DNA of 64,000 nt from a virus (lineage: Duplodnaviria > Caudoviricetes): IMG/VR virus record IMGVR_UViG_3300005614_000001, positions 1 through 64,000 of that record; one strand, given 5' to 3'. A program made the translations under genes and the position numbers. This document shows positions 17,458 to 26,933 of this stretch, piece by piece; the stretch's first letter is position 1; each line of letters starts with the position of its first letter. Below the pieces are notes generated by a model, which searched no databases, was not told the origin of the DNA, and saw nothing but the letters and a program-made list of their open reading frames with translations.

Positions 17458-17670
17458 ATGAGTAAGCCTATTACAGTTAACCCATTTCTTGAAGTAGAAC
17501 AAGGGATAAAAGAAGGATTTAAGAAACATACGGGGAGAGAATTAACCCATGAATATAAGCATTTAATACATAGAGTACATACTGCTACAGGAGAAGTGAA
17601 TATATGTGTAAATGATACAGTTATATTTACTATCCCGGTTAATATGCAACATATAGGAATAATAATATAA
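17458..17670 (+). CDS. hypothetical protein (last + strand gene)
   Basis: 70-aa ORF with AT-rich leader, ending at the bidirectional terminator. Confidence 0.55.
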   Translation: MSKPITVNPFLEVEQGIKEGFKKHTGRELTHEYKHLIHRVHTATGEVNICVNDTVIFTIPVNMQHIGIII

Positions 17671-17674
17671 AAAT

Positions 17675-17705
17675 AAAAGCCTCTTATTAATTTAAGAGGC
17701 TTTTT
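17675..17705. terminator. bidirectional terminator at the convergence of the two genome arms
   Basis: AAAAGCCTCTTA-ttaatt-TAAGAGGCTTTT perfect inverted repeat with A and T tails. Confidence 0.85.
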
Positions 17706-17735
17706 ATCTGCTTGCGGCTTCCCACCCAGTTAAAC

Positions 17736-18275
17736 TTATTTGAAATTATGTACAAAATTAAGCCATTCTACTTTACTTTCCTCAGAGTTTTTCTTTAAAA
17801 TTGCCTTATTTTTCTTCACCAGCCTGGCTTTCCTTTTAAGAACAAAGTCTATCTTATCTTTTATCTTCTTTACATCATTTGCTGTTACCCTACAGTCAGG
17901 GGAGGCTATATGTATCTCTTCTGATACCACAACTGGAATACCCTGGTTAATAAAGTCTGCAGTAACTATATTATAGGTTTCAGATAATGATACCTGCATT
18001 CCAAGATCCATAGCACAAATGAACTTTAAAAAGTCACTATGCTCCATCCATCTCTGCTCTACTAATATATGCCTGGTATCAGCAAATAAAGCTTTTATAT
18101 TCTTTAGTGCATTATCTCCCCCTTGTTCCACTCTCCCTGCATTTATGTGAAAGTGGAGAGTAAGGTTGTGCTCATTAGCATATTCCATAGCTGCCACTGC
18201 TTGCAATAAGTTATTCTTCATTGGCCTTATTGCTCCAAAACATCCAAAATGGATAACGTTTTTTCTCTCTTTCAT
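17736..18275 (-). CDS. GT-B (GT4-like) glycosyltransferase, C-terminal Rossmann half
   Basis: FGCFGAIRPMKN and MDLGMQVSLSETYNIVTAD..QGIPVVVS (nucleotide-sugar binding region). Confidence 0.8.
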   Translation of the reverse strand: MKERKNVIHFGCFGAIRPMKNNLLQAVAAMEYANEHNLTLHFHINAGRVEQGGDNALKNIKALFADTRHILVEQRWMEHSDFLKFICAMDLGMQVSLSETYNIVTADFINQGIPVVVSEEIHIASPDCRVTANDVKKIKDKIDFVLKRKARLVKKNKAILKKNSEESKVEWLNFVHNFK

Positions 18276-18279
18276 AATT

Positions 18280-18813
18280 TTAAATTTCTCCTTTCATGTA
18301 CATTATTATTCTCTCTAATTGTTCTATAGTAGAATTTTGTTTCAATCTATTAGCATTTAAACTTATAACTCTGATATTACCTTTTATATACCCTCTAGAT
18401 GAATCTACTCTATCTACTGAAGGACTATTACCAGAACATTTACCAGATCCATTACCTATTTTAGATTGAATTGGAATTAATAAAATAGGACAAATATCTG
18501 GAATAATTATATCTTCTAATTCTATATTATATTCTCTATTGAACTCCTTAGCTCTTTTTTTAGCATCTTTTAATAATCTATATTCAGGAGTTCTATATTT
18601 CCCATGTTTTCTAAATCTATTACCTGTTGTCTCTATTTGTAAACATCCACAACTTCCGCACTGTTTACTATTCAATGCTGCTGTACTTACTATTTTTTCA
18701 TTACCACAATCACATAAACATTTCCATAATCTTCTGCCTTTCGGATGAGGTAATAATTCTAAAACAGTTAATCTTTGAAATTTTTTACCTATTAGATTTT
18801 CATAACTTCTCAT
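18280..18813 (-). mobile_element. free-standing HNH-type homing endonuclease gene inserted between the two glycosyltransferase halves
   Basis: GKKFQRLTV, WKCLCDCG, SCGC, CPIL and SVDRVDSSRGY..GN....NAN motifs. Spacers are only 12 nt and 4 nt. Confidence 0.85.
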
Positions 18814-18825
18814 ATATATTTTTTA

Positions 18826-19293
18826 TTAATCTACAGGGTAGTAATTAGGGAGATAGATGATCTTTTTACTTAAAAGTGGGTTCATCCCCTCTATAAACAA
18901 ATGATAGTTAGAAGATACATAAACATTATCTATTTCATTGTATTTCTTTATCCACTCTATAGCCTCCCCTTCATTGGCAATGAATGGAATATGGCTATGT
19001 AACCTCACCACCCATTTTACTTTGGGGTGTAGTTTCTTTAGTACTTCAAACTTTTCCGGCACCACCCATAAAGCCTCTATAATTACTATATCTGGCTTAT
19101 GTAAGTAAACTTCTCGGTCTATAAAATTATTGTCCACTACCTCTACTATGTGCGATTGTACTCCCTTACTTTGGAGCATCTCATTAATAAAGTTGGCACT
19201 ATTGAATAGTCCACTGGAGAAAAAAGAAGGAGAGGAATAATTTCCCTCCCCTCCTGAACTTTTCCTTTTCTTTAAAATAAATAATATTTTCAT
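18826..19293 (-). CDS. GT-B glycosyltransferase, N-terminal Rossmann half
   Basis: MKILFI start, KPDIVIIE, VVRLHS, VSSN; ends at IYLPNYYP, the usual interdomain linker. Confidence 0.75.
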   Translation of the reverse strand: MKILFILKKRKSSGGEGNYSSPSFFSSGLFNSANFINEMLQSKGVQSHIVEVVDNNFIDREVYLHKPDIVIIEALWVVPEKFEVLKKLHPKVKWVVRLHSHIPFIANEGEAIEWIKKYNEIDNVYVSSNYHLFIEGMNPLLSKKIIYLPNYYPVD

Positions 19294-19328
19294 TTTGGTT
19301 TTCTTCTTCCTACCTCTTTTTTATAAGA

Positions 19329-19670
19329 TCAATTTGTGTATGTAGTACCTGCTAAAAATGTATTGTTTTCAAGATTTGTGACAGTATAATTTGACTTAAT
19401 ATCATAATTTCCACAACTTATACCGGAGTTAGGCCCTACATAAATTGTATGTGATCCATCAGACGTTACCTTATAATAATCACCAAAATAAAAAGGTTGA
19501 TTCCACCAAGGATTAGAAGGATAGACAACATCTGGATATACCGGATAGGGTATGTAGTTTTCATATTCTACTTCCAATAACTTTATACCCTCTACCAAAG
19601 AAATCTTGTCTTCTTTTATCAACTTTTCTACCAGATCTATCTTCACCTGGTCTGTAGTAGTTTTTGTCAT
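19329..19670 (-). CDS. hypothetical protein (Pro/Tyr-rich)
   Basis: ATG 19670 preferred because it avoids overlap with the upstream gene. Confidence 0.55.
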   Translation of the reverse strand: MTKTTTDQVKIDLVEKLIKEDKISLVEGIKLLEVEYENYIPYPVYPDVVYPSNPWWNQPFYFGDYYKVTSDGSHTIYVGPNSGISCGNYDIKSNYTVTNLENNTFLAGTTYTN

Positions 19671-19680
19671 AATATAAGTT

Positions 19681-19962
19681 TTATATAGGTTTACTATCGT
19701 CTGCACGGGCATCACTCATTCCTGCACTTGTAGGAGATTCTACCGGGATAGCTGTACCATTAGTTACCATAGCATTTAGTTTATCTTGTAACACTGCAAA
19801 GCAATCTACTACCCGCATAATATCTGATATGCTCTGGAAGCCATTAACATATCCTGAGATATTGTTATAAAGGAGAGAGAATTCCTGACCTGTAAGGATA
19901 ATCTGTGTATCCGGGGTCCATTTATACTGTGTACCTGGAGTGAATTGTGGAGTTTCTGCCAT
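19681..19962 (-). CDS. hypothetical protein
   Basis: 93-aa ORF directly downstream of a canonical promoter. Confidence 0.65.
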   Translation of the reverse strand: MAETPQFTPGTQYKWTPDTQIILTGQEFSLLYNNISGYVNGFQSISDIMRVVDCFAVLQDKLNAMVTNGTAIPVESPTSAGMSDARADDSKPI

Positions 19963-19992
19963 TTTGGTTATTTTTATAAGTTTTTATTTATA

Positions 19993-20024
19993 CAAAATTA
20001 AATTAAAGAAATATAGAATACAAA
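19993..20024 (-). promoter_or_regulatory. Bacteroidota sigma70-type promoter TTTG-N20-TAATTTTG
   Basis: + strand CAAAATTA 19993-20000 and CAAA 20021-20024, 20-nt spacing, intergenic. It would drive the operon that includes the split glycosyltransferase. Confidence 0.65.
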
Positions 20025-20044
20025 ATAAGTTACATTATATACAA

Positions 20045-20323
20045 TTAAAATTCAACTGAATAAGTTATTATCTTTTGTATTTTGCTACTTTTTGAAAAGT
20101 CTGGTTTAATCTTTAGTATCCTGTGCATCCCAACTATGTCCTGGATAATAGATTCTTTAAAGTCATTTACAGATGGAGTAATAATAGTGCGAAGAGATGT
20201 TTCTATCTTATTAACAGCTACTATTGCTTCAGGATCAGAGTGTTGTATAGCACAATAAACTAATCTAAGGTATAGGTAGACATTATCATCTTGGATAGAG
20301 GTAAAGTTGGTTTTAATTTCCAT
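20045..20323 (-). CDS. hypothetical protein
   Basis: 92-aa ORF abutting the upstream stop. Confidence 0.6.
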   Translation of the reverse strand: MEIKTNFTSIQDDNVYLYLRLVYCAIQHSDPEAIVAVNKIETSLRTIITPSVNDFKESIIQDIVGMHRILKIKPDFSKSSKIQKIITYSVEF

Positions 20324-20791
20324 TTATTTTAAAGTAAGAAGGTAACTTAGTTGTGCCCCTGCACCACTGTAGGATTGAGCTAGGTTTTCTACATCACAAT
20401 AATGCATTTGTTCAGCCCATTCATATAACCTATACCCAAAATCCTGTATTTCTTTAGCTACCTGCATAGGCATATTTTCACCAAACCCGGATATTGGAGA
20501 TAGAGACAGGGTAGAAAATCTTGTCCCTGTATAACCAATTAGCTTTTCTATTATTTCATCTTTCAGATCATCTATAGTTTCATATGTTCTATCTAAGGCT
20601 ATATGTTGGGCATAAGAAGTGGTAGAATGATGACAAAACTGTACTTTATCCGGGAGCATGTATAGTTGAGTAGCTATTTCATCTACAGAAAATCCCGGAG
20701 TATTATCCTCCTCTCTTGTAGGAATCATTGTCTGCATTTTCTTCTTCATTGCAGCCATAGAGCTTGTATCAAAGAAACCTGGATTTGCCAT
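20324..20791 (-). CDS. ferritin/Dps-like four-helix protein (DUF5856-like)
   Basis: H..TTSYAQH.AL...YE...DEIIE..G...YLLTL pattern. Confidence 0.7.
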   Translation of the reverse strand: MANPGFFDTSSMAAMKKKMQTMIPTREEDNTPGFSVDEIATQLYMLPDKVQFCHHSTTSYAQHIALDRTYETIDDLKDEIIEKLIGYTGTRFSTLSLSPISGFGENMPMQVAKEIQDFGYRLYEWAEQMHYCDVENLAQSYSGAGAQLSYLLTLK

Positions 20792-20792
20792 T

Positions 20793-21506
20793 TTATTTTT
20801 TGCTTTTAATGCTAAATAAATTTAAAGTAGCCCCCACTCCAATATATGGAGCTATTTTCCCTGTGTTAATTCCATATGAAGCCCCAATAGAGGGCCCAAA
20901 TACTATTACAGGGGTACGGGTGGTAATATCTATACTATATCCCTCCTGGATATGGTTATAGGGGTTTTTATTACTTATATCTATTTTCTCTGTTCCGGTA
21001 CCTAAGAATTTCTTCTTCTGGTATTTAGTGTAAGTGAGGGTATCTGAAGATATCAACCCAATATCTGCTCTCCCGATAGACATATCTACTGCTGCAGTAA
21101 TATCTATATAATTATCCCTTTTTTCAAAAGATAGTTCCTTTTTAGTAGTATCTATATATATTGGCAACTCCCGGAAGTAAGTATCCACCTGTACAGTGTA
21201 TTTACTCATTTCCTTGATCTTTATATCCTTATCTTTTATTAACTTCTTTAGGCTATCAAACTGTGCCTGGTAATTTTCTACATTCCCGGTAGTAACAGTA
21301 ATAGTAGAATGAGTATTGTTATTTTTATCCTTATATATCACTGCAGGTTTTAGAGATGGAGTTGGAAGTTGAGAAGTATTCCCCTTCCCACATCCTTTCA
21401 AAGAGAAGAATAATATAACAAAAATAACCCCTCCCAGCAGTATCTGCCAGGTAGAGATAGTAAACTTCTTTGAAAGGAAGTCCTTTATTAATAAAATAGT
21501 CCCCAT
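20793..21506 (-). CDS. putative spanin (Bacteroidota phage DUF6549-like)
   Basis: N-terminal TM followed by LKGC, a coiled coil, and C-terminal amphipathic beta strands GPSIGASYG...PYIGVGATLNL. Confidence 0.55.
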   Translation of the reverse strand: MGTILLIKDFLSKKFTISTWQILLGGVIFVILFFSLKGCGKGNTSQLPTPSLKPAVIYKDKNNNTHSTITVTTGNVENYQAQFDSLKKLIKDKDIKIKEMSKYTVQVDTYFRELPIYIDTTKKELSFEKRDNYIDITAAVDMSIGRADIGLISSDTLTYTKYQKKKFLGTGTEKIDISNKNPYNHIQEGYSIDITTRTPVIVFGPSIGASYGINTGKIAPYIGVGATLNLFSIKSKK

Positions 21507-21544
21507 ATATTGGTTTTTGAGGTGTGTTAAATAAAAAAGAGAAG

Positions 21545-21572
21545 AAAAAAGGGAGAATAAATACCTCCCTTT
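21545..21572 (-). terminator. rho-independent terminator
   Basis: AAAGGGAG...CTCCCTTT stem with a U-tract on the minus strand, just after ORF 21601..22083. Confidence 0.65.
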
Positions 21573-21600
21573 ATCTTTCTATTTTGGACGGAATAAAGTA

Positions 21601-22083
21601 TTAGCTACAAACAGTTGCTGTAACTAAGGTAAGGTAAGCATTATCATTAGATGTCATATTAGCTACTACTGTATACACATTAGCTGTAGGAGTAGCCTGG
21701 CAAGCTGGGGTAAGAGTACCACCACCGGTTATACCACCGGATAAAGCACCTGCAGTACCGGCATTAGGATTAATAGTAATAGCTATAGTATGTGATCCAA
21801 TAGGAAGGCTATAACCTATACTTTGTCCTAAAGCAATAGGAGCAGCTAATGTCTGAGCTACACCATCTATGGAGATAGCAGTAATAGTTTGTCCATTAGT
21901 ATTTGATACTCCTATACTAAGTATAGAGTCACCATTACAGCACTGCTGGGCACAATCAGTAATATCTACCCAATGTCCATTTGTTCTTGGAGCTGTACTC
22001 CTCACAATGACAGAACCAGGTACTGTATTCCCTGAACCGTCCACTAAGATATAAGTTCTTAGCCTTGGATTTCTTTTTGGCAT
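21601..22083 (-). CDS. putative virion decoration protein
   Basis: Thr/Gly/Ala-rich beta protein. N-terminal Y..VD..G motif shared with 26317..26511. Confidence 0.6.
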   Translation of the reverse strand: MPKRNPRLRTYILVDGSGNTVPGSVIVRSTAPRTNGHWVDITDCAQQCCNGDSILSIGVSNTNGQTITAISIDGVAQTLAAPIALGQSIGYSLPIGSHTIAITINPNAGTAGALSGGITGGGTLTPACQATPTANVYTVVANMTSNDNAYLTLVTATVCS

Positions 22084-22105
22084 TTTATTTAATTTAAATT
22101 GTTAA

Positions 22106-22324
22106 TTATTGAATTAGTGTAAACTCTTTTTGATTGGAGAGAGTGATTGTAACTTCTTGTTCTCCATTTTTAATCCTGTTAATAGCACTTATATATTTTT
22201 GTGCATCTCTTGGATTTGCTAATATTTCCCGTACTTCAGTACTCATTACATCAAGATCATCGGAGAAAAACAACTTTATGGAAGCTATTAAAGAATCTAA
22301 CATTTGAAATAAAACACTCTTCAT
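22106..22324 (-). CDS. hypothetical protein
   Basis: 72-aa ORF. Confidence 0.55.
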   Translation of the reverse strand: MKSVLFQMLDSLIASIKLFFSDDLDVMSTEVREILANPRDAQKYISAINRIKNGEQEVTITLSNQKEFTLIQ

Positions 22325-22327
22325 AGA

Positions 22328-23422
22328 CTATTTATTATCAAATATAGAATCTATAGAAAGAAGTTCATCTGCATAAAACCTGGTACAGTATCTATCAGTC
22401 ACTTGCCTGAGTATATCTTTTTCAGCGTGCGGGGTATGAATATTCTGTATGTATGGTGATTTAGCTTTAAAGAACATATTCTGATACACTCCTTCTACCT
22501 GCATAAAATCAGATATTACCCCGGCATTATGTAAAATATGTACTTCTTTTAACCTGCTAATGGGGTCTGGTGCCCATGCAAAGTCCAATATCTCTGGAGT
22601 TTCTGTCTTAAATCCACTTTCCCAAAGGCAATATAACACTGCCCACATATCTGCACAAAAGCTCTGGTATCCATTATTCTCTCTTTCCAAAGGGGTTTCC
22701 CCTTTCATAAACCATTGGTTTACCACCTTCAGGCCAGAAGATATCCCTTTACAAGCATTAAAAACCTTTTCCCAAAACTCTTTAGTAATACCTGGAGATA
22801 AAAGGTATTGAGCACCTCCTGTACCATTATCATTTTGTTCTATAACATCCCTTGTGATATTACAACACTTCCCAATAAGGGAGGGAATATCCAGATTTTC
22901 AAATTCTGCAAGCATCTCTGGCTTTACATAAGCCTTCTTTCCTTCCAGATAATATAGATCTAAATAATTACCTCCCGGATATCTTTTCCCGGTATAAGAA
23001 AGAAAGCAGGTTCCTACATTTTCATCCAAACATAGAGTAGAGAAATCTAATTCTGAAGTAAACAGTACATCTGCATCCGTGTAGAATAACCATTCATTAC
23101 TTAGTTCCGGGTGTGATTCAAAGTGTTTTATTAAACACCAGGGTCTTATAAGAGGCTGGTACTGACTATCATTTACCTGCTTCATAAGTTCCCCGGTACT
23201 GTCCATATAGTAGAAGAACTTTACTTCAGGGAATTTCTGCTCTAACTTCTTCCAAAATGACTGAGGGCCTTTCCTGGAGATAAACTTATCAAATGGAGTA
23301 AATACTAATACGTGATACCCTTCAGAATACCCATACTTACGGAAATTATGTAATTGTACCTCTAATTGCCAGCAGTAATACTTACAATCCGGCGACACCT
23401 CCAAAAATATAGGTCTGTTCAT
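22328..23422 (-). CDS. GT-A glycosyltransferase resembling peptide O-glycosyltransferases (HPAT / serine galactosyltransferase-like)
   Basis: YYCWQ, IRPW, DxD motif FYTDAD, GGAQY, CADMWA (compare W..EMY), HILH. Confidence 0.65.
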   Translation of the reverse strand: MNRPIFLEVSPDCKYYCWQLEVQLHNFRKYGYSEGYHVLVFTPFDKFISRKGPQSFWKKLEQKFPEVKFFYYMDSTGELMKQVNDSQYQPLIRPWCLIKHFESHPELSNEWLFYTDADVLFTSELDFSTLCLDENVGTCFLSYTGKRYPGGNYLDLYYLEGKKAYVKPEMLAEFENLDIPSLIGKCCNITRDVIEQNDNGTGGAQYLLSPGITKEFWEKVFNACKGISSGLKVVNQWFMKGETPLERENNGYQSFCADMWAVLYCLWESGFKTETPEILDFAWAPDPISRLKEVHILHNAGVISDFMQVEGVYQNMFFKAKSPYIQNIHTPHAEKDILRQVTDRYCTRFYADELLSIDSIFDNK

Positions 23423-23435
23423 TGGTTTAAAAGAA

Positions 23436-23443
23436 CAAAGGTA
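23436..23443 (-). promoter_or_regulatory. TAnnTTTG -7 element (TACCTTTG)
   Basis: Intergenic, 13 nt upstream of the glycosyltransferase ATG. Confidence 0.5.
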
Positions 23444-23502
23444 GTGTTAATATAACAAATATTTGTAAATTATACTTTATTGGTAAAATATTTATTACTT
23501 TT

Positions 23503-23796
23503 TTATATTATAATAAACCCTTTCTTTTGTGCTACATACTGACAAGGAAATGTATTACCACCATACCAGTTTTGATAATCAATCCCATTGCATATTACAT
23601 GAGTTTCAGGAGTATTAATATCTATGGCATCTCTTGAACCATCCAATATAGATCCATTATCATCCATAAGATACCATTGAAACTTACAAGAGTCTGTGTA
23701 ATTATCATTTACCCCAACTACCTCTAATTGTGTAGCTGTTCCCTGACTATAATCAGGGTTGTTAGTCTGTATTCCTTGTATTTTTACTATTGCCAT
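23503..23796 (-). CDS. hypothetical protein (possible fibre chaperone)
   Basis: 97-aa ORF directly after the tail-fibre gene; Y..W motif near the C-terminus. Confidence 0.6.
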   Translation of the reverse strand: MAIVKIQGIQTNNPDYSQGTATQLEVVGVNDNYTDSCKFQWYLMDDNGSILDGSRDAIDINTPETHVICNGIDYQNWYGGNTFPCQYVAQKKGFIII

Positions 23797-23797
23797 A

Positions 23798-25087
23798 TTA
23801 AAAATCTACTTCTTGAGTTATTTGTATAATATCTATTACCCTTGCTGCTGCAGTTGCCCCATTACTAACCATCATTATAGGAGCTAAAGCTATCCCTGCA
23901 GGGATATTAGTAGAAATTGCCCCTGAGTTAAATATAGTGGCTGCTGATTTTGTATGGTCTTCTATAGTTACATAAAAGTTTGTACTATTGGAAGGGACAA
24001 ATACCGTTACTATATATACATCTGTAGCATTAGGGGTGATGGAAGTATTTGTTTTAGTAGCTACACCACTTCCATCATTAGCCATTACCTGAAAAGTGGT
24101 ATCAGCTACATCCTTCCCAATACCAAAAATATTAACAAAAGATGATGGGTCTCCTGAAGGGAATGCTCCCATACCAGTGCTGCCTATTACTCCTATAAAT
24201 ATTCTCTGGTTAGCATTATAAGTAGAGAGTCCAAATACCATTGTAGTAAGTACTCCTCCGCCATATGTAGTAGTTCCTGCAGTAATTGTAGCATTTGGCA
24301 TATTTAACCCTGCAGCAGTACCAGATGTAGTACCTGTACTTACCCTCTTTGTATTAAAGTTAGGAAGTAGGTTAGTGGCATTATAAACTATAAAAGAGTT
24401 AGATGAACTAGGAACTATATTAGCATTAGCCAAATATCCATAACCGAAAGTTGAGAATGGATCCCCCATTTGATGACCTTTTCTCCCCACAGATCCTTGT
24501 ACATATTGTTCAATGCCAACTGATGGGTTCCACGTAAGTCTATCTATACCTGTTCTATTAAGGGTATACAGTTTAGCATTACCAGCAGAAGGTGCTGTAA
24601 CTGCTGTTGTACCTGTAGTACTTTTAAGGGTTAGGTTATTATCAGTACCATCTATCAATACCTGGGTAGCTCCACCGAATGAACCACTACTGTTAAACTG
24701 TACATTAGTAGAAGCACCTGCGGGAGAACCTCCGCTCACTGTAGCCCAACTCATATCACCTCTTAAATAAGTAGAAGAAGAGGCTGTGCCAGTAGTAGTA
24801 ATATCTGCAGCAACCAGTGTTCTAAAAGTAGGGGCAGCAGCGGCACCAGTAGTAGGACCTATAAAATGAGTATTGGCACTTTGAGTAGCCAGAGTTCCTG
24901 TAAGAGTGCCTGTAGTAGTGACGGGAGAACCACTTACTATTATAAAAGAAGGGAGAGATAGAGCAACTGAAGTAACTGTACCACTTCCTGCAGGTGTATT
25001 CCAGGTACCATCTCCACGTAAATATGTACTTGAAGATAGTGTACCTGATGCATTTAATTGTTCTATCCCTACTTTGGTTTGTCCCAT
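23798..25087 (-). CDS. tail fibre / receptor-binding protein
   Basis: Repeated SSSTYLRGD.(T/S)W, GTVTSV and PTFR.LVAADI fibre motifs; Ser/Thr/Gly-rich; beta-rich head. Confidence 0.75.
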   Translation of the reverse strand: MGQTKVGIEQLNASGTLSSSTYLRGDGTWNTPAGSGTVTSVALSLPSFIIVSGSPVTTTGTLTGTLATQSANTHFIGPTTGAAAAPTFRTLVAADITTTGTASSSTYLRGDMSWATVSGGSPAGASTNVQFNSSGSFGGATQVLIDGTDNNLTLKSTTGTTAVTAPSAGNAKLYTLNRTGIDRLTWNPSVGIEQYVQGSVGRKGHQMGDPFSTFGYGYLANANIVPSSSNSFIVYNATNLLPNFNTKRVSTGTTSGTAAGLNMPNATITAGTTTYGGGVLTTMVFGLSTYNANQRIFIGVIGSTGMGAFPSGDPSSFVNIFGIGKDVADTTFQVMANDGSGVATKTNTSITPNATDVYIVTVFVPSNSTNFYVTIEDHTKSAATIFNSGAISTNIPAGIALAPIMMVSNGATAAARVIDIIQITQEVDF

Positions 25088-25100
25088 TATCCCATTATTA

Positions 25101-25922
25101 TTATTTTCTGTAATCAGCTAACAGTACTTCACCAGTTAGAGGTGCAGTTGCCATTGTTATAGTAGAACCTGATATAGTATAATCATTACCTGCACCAGCA
25201 TTCTGTCTTACACCATTAAGGTATAATTTTACACTCCCGGTAACTGGGGTGTTAGCTATAGTAAATGTTACATTTGATCCATTTATAGAGCCAGAAGGTG
25301 TTTCACCATCTACAAAGTTTGCATTTGTAAGACCAGAAGATAGTCCTATCTGTGTCCAGGTGATGGCAGTAGTTCCTATAGTACCAGAAGCTGCTGCTGT
25401 ACACAACCATACAGTGTTGGCATTTGTAGAACCACCAGTATCTACAGTAACTAATGCACCTGGTACTTCTGTCCAGGCATCCATATCTGTAACCCTGGTA
25501 AGAGCAGAAGATGAACCATTAAACTGGTAGATACCATTTTCTGCCTGTGCTGTCTGGTTTTTAAGGAGAAGTCTGTTACCAGTAGATAAAGTAACACCAT
25601 CAAATACTGCAGTACCTGGACTAGATACAGTGATGTTGGCAGTAGAGGCAGCTACAGTTGGATTCTTATATTGGAACATCTGTATCTGCGCATCCACATA
25701 TGCCTTATTAGCAGCATCTGTACTGGCAGTAGGAGTAGTTAAATTTACCCCCTTCTGGGAACCAAAATCAAAGTTACCAGTCATGGCAACACTACCATCC
25801 TTCTTTAAGAAGTTAGCACCATCTGCCAGTTTAGATGAAGCAATATTAGCACCTGCACCAACCTGTGCATCTAGGATGGCACCATTAGCAATCTGCCTGG
25901 TAACTATTTGAGTTGTAGACAT
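25101..25922 (-). CDS. fibre / head decoration protein
   Basis: DAANKAYVD repeat, RLLLKNQT..AENGIY domain, C-terminal ETPSG.INGSN..F / LYLNG.RQ / DYT module. Confidence 0.75.
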   Translation of the reverse strand: MSTTQIVTRQIANGAILDAQVGAGANIASSKLADGANFLKKDGSVAMTGNFDFGSQKGVNLTTPTASTDAANKAYVDAQIQMFQYKNPTVAASTANITVSSPGTAVFDGVTLSTGNRLLLKNQTAQAENGIYQFNGSSSALTRVTDMDAWTEVPGALVTVDTGGSTNANTVWLCTAAASGTIGTTAITWTQIGLSSGLTNANFVDGETPSGSINGSNVTFTIANTPVTGSVKLYLNGVRQNAGAGNDYTISGSTITMATAPLTGEVLLADYRK

Positions 25923-25951
25923 TATTTATTATTTAATAGGTATTTATAGAG

Positions 25952-26320
25952 TTAAGCTTTTATATAATTTACAAGAAGATGTTCTCCAACATTAGGGGAG
26001 GAAACAAGAAGAAAGGTGTTAGTACCGGTAGTGTTAAAATCATCCACTATTGTCTGCTCCAGGCCATTAACAAATACCTGCAGACTCCCTGGCTGAAAAT
26101 TACCAGCAGTGGTGAAAGTTGCATTACTTCCATTTATAGCTCCTCCAGGAATTTCAGAGAGGATTAAATTAGATAAATCTCCTCCACCTCCACTCCCCAA
26201 GAATTGTATAATCCCAAGTAATGCAGTATTAAGCTCTGTAGCAGTAATAGACTTTCTACAGTTTGGTACAATATATTGGTTGATGAAAGATTTAAGTGCA
26301 TCAACATTGTAGAAGATCAT
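25952..26320 (-). CDS. structural adaptor protein
   Basis: ITA..LN N-terminal helix plus EIPGG.INGSN.TF / VFVNG module paralogous to 25101..25922. Confidence 0.65.
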   Translation of the reverse strand: MIFYNVDALKSFINQYIVPNCRKSITATELNTALLGIIQFLGSGGGGDLSNLILSEIPGGAINGSNATFTTAGNFQPGSLQVFVNGLEQTIVDDFNTTGTNTFLLVSSPNVGEHLLVNYIKA

Positions 26321-26511
26321 CTGGGTATATTATCTATCCTTATAGCAGAGTTAAAATCATCAGAAAATGAAAAGTCAAAATCAAAGCATAATGAAAGTGA
26401 TACTTTAATCCATCCAACCTTTCCTCCCTTATTAGTCTTTGTAAAGGTGTTATATAATGGCTTTCCATAACGGTCCACCATTATATATCCCTCTAAAGGA
26501 GCAATATTCAT
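26317..26511 (-). CDS. small structural protein
   Basis: Y..VD..G...W motif like 21601..22083; FDFDFSFSDDF tail. Confidence 0.55.
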   Translation of the reverse strand: MNIAPLEGYIMVDRYGKPLYNTFTKTNKGGKVGWIKVSLSLCFDFDFSFSDDFNSAIRIDNIPR

Positions 26512-26520
26512 ATTATATTA

Positions 26521-26889
26521 TTATGCTATGAAAGACCAGGCGCTTGTGTTATAAATAGCCATGAGGGAAGCCCCGGCAGCAACAGTTTGGCCCAGCATGG
26601 TAAAAGATGCACTCCCTGTATTACAAACTACAATTAATTTGTATTCAGATGTAACTGTAGGTGAGGGTAAGGTCAAGGTCTGTGCTGAACTGGTTTCTGG
26701 AATTACTATAATACTAAAATTATCAATCGTAGCTGCGGCTGTGCCTATAGGACCAGAACTTAAGTTACCTAGGATAACTGCATTTCCGAGGACTGTACCT
26801 CCATTAGATAATGTACCTGCCACTGCACTAGGAGTGCCAACTGTACCAGTTTTTACATAAGGGTCTTGTGTTCCGAAATTAAATGACAT
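26521..26889 (-). CDS. putative structural / fibre-tip protein
   Basis: TLTLP.P...V.NTG...W pattern typical of small fibre domains. Confidence 0.6.
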   Translation of the reverse strand: MSFNFGTQDPYVKTGTVGTPSAVAGTLSNGGTVLGNAVILGNLSSGPIGTAAATIDNFSIIVIPETSSAQTLTLPSPTVTSEYKLIVVCNTGSASFTMLGQTVAAGASLMAIYNTSAWSFIA

Positions 26890-26933
26890 TGTTATTTATT
26901 TTAAAGGGTTAGAAAAGTTAAAAAGTTAAAAAG

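Noticed and set aside
18276-18825. Group I intron or intein around the HNH gene in the glycosyltransferase
   Set aside because: Only 12 and 4 nt flank the HNH ORF, no P/Q/R/S core is visible, and stop codons separate the three ORFs.
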